Origin: an uncultured virus (IMG/VR IMGVR_UViG_3300028588_000812)
Taxonomy: Duplodnaviria; Heunggongvirae; Uroviricota; Caudoviricetes
IMG/VR virus record: IMGVR_UViG_3300028588_000812
Strand: one strand, 5' to 3'
DNA: 64,000 nucleotides
Part shown: piece after piece, positions 57,943-64,000 of the stretch
Layout of the letters: each line of letters begins with the position of its first letter
Position numbering within the stretch: position 1 is the first letter of the stretch
The notes under the pieces: generated by a model
What the model was told of the DNA's origin: nothing
Databases searched by the model: none
Seen by the model: the letters and a program-made list of their open reading frames with translations, nothing else
Translations under genes and position numbers: made by a program

Positions 57943-58023
57943 TAGGAGCAGAGGGATTCGAACCCACTCAGCTAAGCAACTGGTTTACAGCCAGCCCCGG
58001 CTCTCCAACTCCGGCGTGCTCCC
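57943..58023 (-). tRNA. tRNA-Tyr(GTA)
   Basis: Paralog of previous gene. Confidence 0.85.
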
Positions 58024-58109
58024 ATATTTGCTACATTTCTGTAGCAGTTTCTCTCTTGTATTATCAAAAAGCTTCGTAAACTTTGTTTAGCTGTTTACTT
58101 GATATATCT

Positions 58110-58138
58110 ATCATAACATACCATTTTTATGTTGTCAA
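58110..58138 (-). promoter_or_regulatory. Sigma70/SigA-type promoter
   Basis: TTGACA-N17-TATGAT. Confidence 0.75.
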
Positions 58139-58139
58139 C

Positions 58140-58376
58140 TCAATCATCTAAAACTTCTAAATAATTTTTATAAGCTGTTTCTTTTGTTCTTTCCCAAAAG
58201 TCTTCATTTTCGTAAACTTTAGAAAGCTCTAAAGCTAATTCATAATTTTCACTTTTAAGTGTTGTTACTGTATCAATGATTTTGTCTAAAGCTACACCAA
58301 CTAGATGACCGTAATCTTCTGCCATATAGTTTAAAGTGTAAAGGTTTAGTTCTAGTTCATTGAGTTGTAATTCCAT
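58140..58376 (-). CDS. Hypothetical protein
   Basis: ORF. Confidence 0.65.
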   Translation of the reverse strand: MELQLNELELNLYTLNYMAEDYGHLVGVALDKIIDTVTTLKSENYELALELSKVYENEDFWERTKETAYKNYLEVLDD

Positions 58377-58424
58377 AAATATAGTTTAACATACTTTATT
58401 GTTATTAACAACTCATTGATACCG

Positions 58425-58504
58425 TGCTACGTGAGGGACTCGAACCCCCGTACCCGAAAGATGTGATTTACAGTCACACGCAATTGCCGCTCTGCCAACG
58501 TAGC
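58425..58504 (-). tRNA. tRNA-Tyr(GTA)
   Basis: Cloverleaf. Confidence 0.92.
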
Positions 58505-58568
58505 ATATTCCCGTTATATAACTATAACCACGACAAGTAGCACGAGAAAACACTACTTGTGAAAATTT

Positions 58569-58896
58569 TGGTGACATTCAGGGGGACTTGAACCCATATC
58601 CATCTGCGGTTTCTAATCGCATACGCTGTCCGCCGCTTTTCCGAAAACCTATTTTCTAAAATCTAGTTTACAGTTACTTACGCTTCTACTCACTTTGATA
58701 CTTGCAACAGGTTAATAACTGGTTCCACATCTTGACCCTGTTTGGGGTTTCACCAAACACCTTTTTATAGCTTATACGATTGTTAATCAATCAGCTTTCC
58801 CAGGGTTCTTCTGTTGTTTTTTCGCCGCTTTCAATTTGCTTTCATTGTAAACCTCGTTGGAGAAAACCACCACGGTTTAATTAAGCTATGAATGCT
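58569..58896 (-). ncRNA. Large (about 330 nt) tRNA-ended RNA, tmRNA-like
   Basis: GCATTCA/TGAATGT terminal pairing, GGGTTCAAGTCCC T arm, encoded ACCA end; no G3:U70. Confidence 0.5.
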
Positions 58897-58906
58897 AGTT
58901 TTTGTT

Positions 58907-58985
58907 TGGCTCCCGGTGCAGGAATCGAACCTACAATGACAACGGATTCAAAGTCCGCGTTGCTACCGCCAATGGACAACCGGGA
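58907..58985 (-). tRNA. tRNA-Gln(TTG)
   Basis: CCA encoded; atypical D arm. Confidence 0.8.
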
Positions 58986-58988
58986 ATA

Positions 58989-59137
58989 TAAACTGGTAAG
59001 TATTGAACTTACATTTCTTGCTAACCTACTATGTAGGTATGTCTTACTTAGACGACAGGATCTCATCCTGGTAGGTAACGAGCCTACATCTTTTGATTAC
59101 CTGCTATGCAGGTGCGTCTTACTTAGACGACAGTTTA
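58989..59137 (-). ncRNA. Two-unit tRNA-like (double-elbow) RNA
   Basis: Two repeats of CTGTCGTCTAAGTAAGAC-ACCTRCATAGYAGGT-T-arm with compensatory changes. Confidence 0.6.
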
Positions 59138-59148
59138 AGCATGTTGCG

Positions 59149-59224
59149 CTTCTGGGGTAGGAATCGAACCTACGTCGTGCCCGCGTTCAAAGCGCGGTTG
59201 GCCCTGCCAGCAGACCACCCAGAA
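59149..59224 (-). tRNA. tRNA-Gln(TTG)
   Basis: Loop CT-TTG-AA. Confidence 0.8.
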
Positions 59225-59299
59225 ATATGTGTCAGAAAGCCCCTTGCCTCGCGTCTGACAGATACGAACTTACCACCAATTTCGTATTCCCCTTTTTCG

Positions 59300-59374
59300 T
59301 GCTGCCAGCTAGAATCGAACTAGCGACCCCTGTATTTTCAATACAGTGCTCTCCCATAACTGAGCTACAGCAGC
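59300..59374 (-). tRNA. tRNA-Phe(GAA)
   Basis: Cloverleaf. Confidence 0.92.
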
Positions 59375-59397
59375 ATATTTGTTACTTTGTGTTACAG

Positions 59398-59470
59398 TGC
59401 CACCTGTCGGGGTTGAACCGACGACCCTGCGCTCTTCAGGCGCATGCTCTACCAACTGAGCTAAAGTGGC
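59398..59470 (-). tRNA. tRNA-Phe(GAA)
   Basis: Cloverleaf. Confidence 0.93.
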
Positions 59471-59750
59471 ATATAAGATTGTGTTGCTTGTTTATCTTAT
59501 GTATTAATCATAGCACATCTTTTTTGTTTTTGCAACTTTTGCGCTATCTTTTTGTGAATTTAAAACTGTCAGATTGCCCCTTGCCTCGCCTCTGACTTAT
59601 GTAAGCTTTACCACCATTATGCCTTACATACCCTATTTGTTGCCCAAGAATACTTGGAACATTTTTAAAGTTTGTGTCTGATGACTACTAGGCGTTTCCC
59701 TCCTAATAGGCTGATATTTAATTCACGAACATCAAACAATTCGTGACACA

Positions 59751-59824
59751 TCCCCAAGGCGCGCTTCGAACCGCAATTCGGTTTACTATCTAACCGCGTT
59801 TTACCAGTTTAAACTACAAGGGTT
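59751..59824 (-). ncRNA. tRNA-like RNA, non-canonical anticodon loop (AGATAGTA)
   Basis: Good D arm, acceptor and T loop; no U33. Confidence 0.55.
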
Positions 59825-59861
59825 GTTATCTACGTTTGAATAAGATTATTAATCTTTTTCG

Positions 59862-59934
59862 GGTGACCGGTGGGACTCGAACCCACACAATACAGTACCA
59901 CAGACTGTCGCATTAGCCTTTCTGCCACGACCAC
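59862..59934 (-). tRNA. tRNA-His(GTG)
   Basis: Cloverleaf, C73. Confidence 0.9.
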
Positions 59935-59947
59935 ATATTTTGTTACG

Positions 59948-60068
59948 CGGAATAATCAGGACTTGAACCTGCACTTTCCTCTTCAGGGAGGCCGTGCTAC
60001 CAAATGCTTTCAGTTGCAAGTTTAGCTAGCATGCTATACAACTTAATTACATATTACACTACTATTCC
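59948..60068 (-). ncRNA. tRNA-like RNA with large D-loop insert
   Basis: GGAATAG/TTATTCC acceptor, GTGT/GCAC D stem around about 50 nt, T arm CAGGTTCAAGTCCTG. Confidence 0.55.
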
Positions 60069-60080
60069 ATTTGTGTTGCG

Positions 60081-60153
60081 TGCCCTCGGAGGGATTCGAA
60101 CCCCCGACCGACTGGGTAGAAACCAGTAGCTCTATCCACTGAGCTACGAGGGC
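60081..60153 (-). tRNA. tRNA-Arg(TCT)
   Basis: Cloverleaf. Confidence 0.95.
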
Positions 60154-60166
60154 ATATTTTGTTTCG

Positions 60167-60240
60167 GGTGACCGGTGGGACTCGAACCCACAGAAGACAG
60201 TTTCATAGACTGTTGTATTAACCAATTCTACCACGACCAC
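60167..60240 (-). tRNA. tRNA-His(ATG)
   Basis: Loop CT-ATG-AA; acceptor and T arm match His(GTG) at 59862. Confidence 0.85.
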
Positions 60241-60266
60241 ATGTTTGTTTTAGAAGTTACCTTCCG

Positions 60267-60340
60267 TGCCGACAGTCAGAGTCGAACTGACAACCTTCCG
60301 GGCTTCAACCGGACGCTACTACCATCTGAGCTTTGAGGGC
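60267..60340 (-). tRNA. tRNA-Phe(GAA)
   Basis: Cloverleaf with weak acceptor. Confidence 0.78.
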
Positions 60341-60353
60341 ATATTTTGTTACG

Positions 60354-60425
60354 TGCTCTTAGCCGGAATCGAACCGACGTATACTGGTCTTCAATCAGTC
60401 ACTTTACCTACTAAGTTATAAAAGC
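60354..60425 (-). tRNA. tRNA-Phe(GAA)
   Basis: Cloverleaf. Confidence 0.82.
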
Positions 60426-60458
60426 ATAAGTTTTAACGTACATAAACTTTAACGTTTG

Positions 60459-60531
60459 CTCCCCCGGCAGGACTCGAACCTACAATACACTGGTTAACAG
60501 CCAGATGCCTTACCAATTTGGCTACAGGGGA
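60459..60531 (-). tRNA. tRNA-Asn(GTT)
   Basis: Cloverleaf. Confidence 0.93.
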
Positions 60532-60585
60532 ATAAAAAGTTCCTACTTGTCCAACAGCCAAGTGTCACTAGCAACCACCGCCTCG

Positions 60586-60659
60586 TCGGAATGACAGGAT
60601 TTGAACCTGCGACCCCCTGTTCCCAAAACAGGTGCGCTACCAAACTGCGCCACATTCCG
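60586..60659 (-). tRNA. tRNA-Pro(TGG)
   Basis: Cloverleaf. Confidence 0.95.
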
Positions 60660-60674
60660 ATGTTTCATGTTACG

Positions 60675-60748
60675 TCGGGATAGCAGGATTTGAACCTGCG
60701 ACTTCTCGCATCCTAGGCGAGCGACCTACCAAACTGGCCTATACCCCG
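60675..60748 (-). tRNA. tRNA-Pro(AGG)
   Basis: Loop CT-AGG-AT; C1-G72, A73. Confidence 0.88.
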
Positions 60749-61097
60749 TTAATTGGTGGGGAACTTTCTATCCGAAGATATCCGGTTCCCCACCAAAATG
60801 GTACCTAACCCTTGGCAAACATATTGTAAAAATAACACCCGAAGGTGCAAACAAAAACGATATGTTTAGGGGTTAGGGCGACAAGGTTAATTTTATTTTG
60901 GATTGACAAAATTTCGAGCCATTGGCTCATCCTGTTTCACAAAACAAGATTTACCTTGTCTGTATTCTTCTCTATGTAGTTTTCAAGCGACTTTCGCTCC
61001 CCAATTGGAGGATTAAATAACTTTGTTTGATATACAAACTATGTTACAACTAAGTTTCTTTATTATATTATTTTATATAAAACTCTTGCGAGCTTTG

Positions 61098-61170
61098 CAG
61101 GGGTAGAGGGATTTGAACCCCCGTTCTCGGGTTTGGAATCCGATGCACTAGGCCACTGTACTATACCCCT
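61098..61170 (-). tRNA. tRNA-Trp(CCA)
   Basis: Cloverleaf. Confidence 0.93.
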
Positions 61171-61259
61171 AGGTATTTTTTATTATGTTTTTTGTTACAT
61201 TTACTACTGTATTACGTTTTTCTTACTTTGTCAACTCCAACTTTATGTTGATGTTTCCG

Positions 61260-61330
61260 CAGAGATAGCAGGAATCGAACCCGCGTCAAGAGGTTTGGAA
61301 GCTCTTGTGTTACCATTACACCATATCCCT
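61260..61330 (-). tRNA. tRNA-Trp(CCA)
   Basis: A1-U72, G73, loop TT-CCA-AA. Confidence 0.85.
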
Positions 61331-61383
61331 ATATGGTTGTGACCTTGATAACAAGCTGTTAAAGCCTATTCTCATGTGTCCCG

Positions 61384-61455
61384 TGCCAGCAATGGGAATC
61401 GAACCCATATTTACTCTTTAGGAGAGAGTAGTCGTATCCATTGGACTATACCGGC
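61384..61455 (-). tRNA. tRNA-Arg(CCT)
   Basis: Cloverleaf. Confidence 0.9.
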
Positions 61456-61528
61456 ATACACTGTTCTTGTGAAAAGAACCTAACTGAATTGAAAACTGAA
61501 AGTTTTCTAAAATGTGTTATTCAGTTAT

Positions 61529-61687
61529 TTAGCGTTGGGTATTGCGCCAGAGAATAGGCTTAATATTCGCTTGGTGTTTAGGCTGATACTCAAAGGAGCG
61601 GTGCTTCGACTTTGAGCATGCTTGTCTAAAATCAACAGGCGCGCTAAAGGAAGGTGTTACATCAAAGTTGAATGCTGTTGCGCTCAT
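61529..61687 (-). CDS. Small ORF, 52 aa (not in ORF track)
   Basis: AAGGAAGGT SD; MSATAFNFDVTPSFSAPVDFRQACSKSKHRSFEYQPKHQANIKPILWRNTQR. Confidence 0.55.
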   Translation of the reverse strand: MSATAFNFDVTPSFSAPVDFRQACSKSKHRSFEYQPKHQANIKPILWRNTQR

Positions 61688-61863
61688 CTGAGTTACCTTC
61701 CTTAATCATTGTAATTTGTAGTCACCGTTTGTGCCTACATTTATATACTAACATAGTTATCGTCACTTCGCAACATTTTTTGGTGTTTTTTCTAAACTTT
61801 TTCTAAAAATGTTTAAAAAGCGACTAAAATCCTTGAAAAATCAAGGGTAAAACTTTAAATAAA

Positions 61864-62289
61864 TTATTCTTCAATTATCTCTTTAGGAAGCAAAACGCCT
61901 TCCAAAGGCAAATCTTTAGTTTTAATACTAGAAGAACTAGTATATACGAAGTAAGGATAAGTAATCGTAGTTACATCCCCAACTTTACGAGAGAATGTTT
62001 GTGTTCCCATAAGAAAATTGATAGTTGTTTCATCTAGGATAGCACTTTTGATATCAATTTCTTGATTATTTAATTTATCAAAAACATTAACATCAAAAAC
62101 AGAAGCTAAATAGGTAGCAACACCTTCTTCTTCTCGTTCTTCTTCAATTCTGTTAACAAAAAGTCTTCTACCAGAATTTTCATGTGGGTAAGTTAAATAT
62201 GTAAGCAAGCTATTGTCATACCAAACAATATCCCTATCCAGTTCAAGCCATGTATATTCTAAAATTTCTTTTACAGTCATTCTAGGCAT
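61864..62289 (-). CDS. Hypothetical protein, paralog of 62289-62714
   Basis: WYDNSL / WHDGPL, AIL, C-terminal LP.E..L. Confidence 0.75.
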   Translation of the reverse strand: MPRMTVKEILEYTWLELDRDIVWYDNSLLTYLTYPHENSGRRLFVNRIEEEREEEGVATYLASVFDVNVFDKLNNQEIDIKSAILDETTINFLMGTQTFSRKVGDVTTITYPYFVYTSSSSIKTKDLPLEGVLLPKEIIEE

Positions 62290-62687
62290 TAGTTTGGTTC
62301 TCCTAAATAGTAATCTTCTGCTGGCAATAGCTCTTCTTCTACTTTGTCCCCGTCAAGATAAACACGGTTAACAATACGTTCTTTAGAGCCTAACTTATCC
62401 GAAACAATAAAGTTAGTTGTATATCTATGTAAAATTGCATCACGTACACTCATTCTACCTTCACGAAGATATAATTCAATATCATCATCTAATATAGAGT
62501 AAAGATAGCTACCTGTTGTGTCAGCAATTGTAGGAATTTCTTGTACAAATGCTTTTACAATGTAACCAGGGTAAGGTTCAACAGGCACTGTAAAACAGAA
62601 AAGTGGACCGTCATGCCAATCATATGTAAGATTAGTGTCAACTTCTGCATACATTAGTTGACGTGCACGTAATAAACTGGTAGACAT
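62289..62687 (-). CDS. Hypothetical protein, paralog of 61864-62289
   Basis: Same shared motifs; TAATG coupling; start uncertain. Confidence 0.72.
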   Translation of the reverse strand: MSTSLLRARQLMYAEVDTNLTYDWHDGPLFCFTVPVEPYPGYIVKAFVQEIPTIADTTGSYLYSILDDDIELYLREGRMSVRDAILHRYTTNFIVSDKLGSKERIVNRVYLDGDKVEEELLPAEDYYLGEPN

Positions 62688-62715
62688 AATAAAAAGTTTA
62701 CCAGATTTAAACAAA

Positions 62716-63951
62716 TTATGCTACTTTTGCCCAACGATTTGTAGGGAAAGGTGTAGAAATAGCTGGGGCATTAGCTCGGGCGGCTTTAGCTTTCCAAGCT
62801 TGACGGACCTTTTTACGCGCTGTGAAGAAAACGTCTACATGTTCATTATCTGTAGCACCTTTTTGAGAGCTAATGAGTTGGCTCTTAACAAACTCATTAG
62901 AGTAAGAAGGCAAATCAAAATGTTTAGTAATAAATTCTCTACTATCAATGGTAGATTGTTTATTTCTAAGCTTATGTGCAATATCTTGTTCTGTTGAGCT
63001 TGACAAAAGAATTTTACCTTCTAGCTCATGAGATACACTGGTCATTAAGTTTGGAGCGCTAACAAGATTAACGCTTTTAACTTGTTTCCCAGTTGTATTG
63101 TATGAAGAAACTTGGATTGTTGTTCCTGAACCATCTTGGCCTTTAATAGTTTGAATAGAAACATATTGTTTAGATTGTTTCATATAATCAGGAATAGCGT
63201 TTTCATCTGAACGTAAACGGTACATTGCGTACATGCTAGCTTTGTCATGTGGAGCAAAACGGCTTGTTGGGTCTTGTGTGTAACCAGAATTCTTAAATTC
63301 ACCTTTTACCCAACTTTCTGGTGGGTTAGGCTGGTCTACTGCATCAAGTTTTGAGAAATCATTTTGGTATTGTTCACGGTATGCATCATAGTATGTCTGA
63401 GCAATTTTAGGTGAAGTATTCTGTAAAGCAGCAACATTAGTAATTTGTTGTTCTAATTGATTTTTAGAATGTTGAATAATATGAGGTAATGTTTCATAAG
63501 TTTTAAGGTTAACTTCATCAGGAGTACCTAAAGACCTTAGGGTTTGAACAGCATCTTGAACTTCTTTGGATGCTCCATCACGTTGAGACTCATTATTAAA
63601 AGTTTCTAACGTGTTGATGAGCTTATTGTATCTAGCTGTTCTGTCATCTAAAGAAGTTTCATTGATTGAACCATACAAGTTTTTCTCTTCTTGTAGTTCT
63701 CTAGAAGACTCAACAACTGACACTATTTCTTCTTTAGTAAAGAATGATGAGATAGCTAGGTAAGCCGTGGCAACACTATCAACTCTTTTGTTTTTGATTT
63801 CAGCTAGAGCATTTGATTGCATAGAACGGATAGTGGTTGCATTATTTAATCTACTTTGGGCACGTTCATCAGCAGGGTTATCTTGAATTTGTTTTTTGAG
63901 TACATCTAAACCTTCTGGCGTAGCATCATAGTCTAGCTGAGCATTAAACAT
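62716..63951 (-). CDS. Hypothetical protein (may extend beyond the window)
   Basis: 411 aa ORF. Confidence 0.8.
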   Translation of the reverse strand: MFNAQLDYDATPEGLDVLKKQIQDNPADERAQSRLNNATTIRSMQSNALAEIKNKRVDSVATAYLAISSFFTKEEIVSVVESSRELQEEKNLYGSINETSLDDRTARYNKLINTLETFNNESQRDGASKEVQDAVQTLRSLGTPDEVNLKTYETLPHIIQHSKNQLEQQITNVAALQNTSPKIAQTYYDAYREQYQNDFSKLDAVDQPNPPESWVKGEFKNSGYTQDPTSRFAPHDKASMYAMYRLRSDENAIPDYMKQSKQYVSIQTIKGQDGSGTTIQVSSYNTTGKQVKSVNLVSAPNLMTSVSHELEGKILLSSSTEQDIAHKLRNKQSTIDSREFITKHFDLPSYSNEFVKSQLISSQKGATDNEHVDVFFTARKKVRQAWKAKAARANAPAISTPFPTNRWAKVA

Positions 63952-64000
63952 TTTAGCTTTTGATAGTAAAGCTTCTGGGGAGGTTTTCCCATGCTTTTTG

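Noticed and set aside
58569..58896. Canonical ssrA call
   Set aside because: It lacks the GGGG 5' end, G3:U70 and an AA-ending tag, so it is kept only as tmRNA-like.

Overview
This 64 kb window is AT-rich DNA from a large (jumbo-type) bacteriophage, transcribed mostly on the minus strand. An actinobacterial host is likely, inferred mainly from the pilin sequence style; it is not proven. The window holds about 90 tRNA genes covering all 20 amino acids, read by eye from T-loop, D-loop and acceptor pairing, with coordinates good to a few nt. It also carries a compact RNase P RNA, CysRS, NAD salvage genes (nadD; pnuC-nadR behind an NrtR-type box), an SF2/SNF2 helicase, an HNH nuclease, a 2H phosphoesterase, an EEP nuclease/phosphatase, a cluster of pilin-like mini-proteins and a 10-gene tandem paralog array. 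The most striking unexplained signal is two free-standing ncRNAs in the tRNA array that reproduce the 23S rRNA L11-binding GTPase-associated centre (H43+H44), each with a large insert. Other notable signals are several families of re-engineered tRNA-like RNAs, five non-Arg A34 tRNAs, and a recurrent sigma28-like GCCGATA element. No database searches were run, so all novelty statements are provisional.
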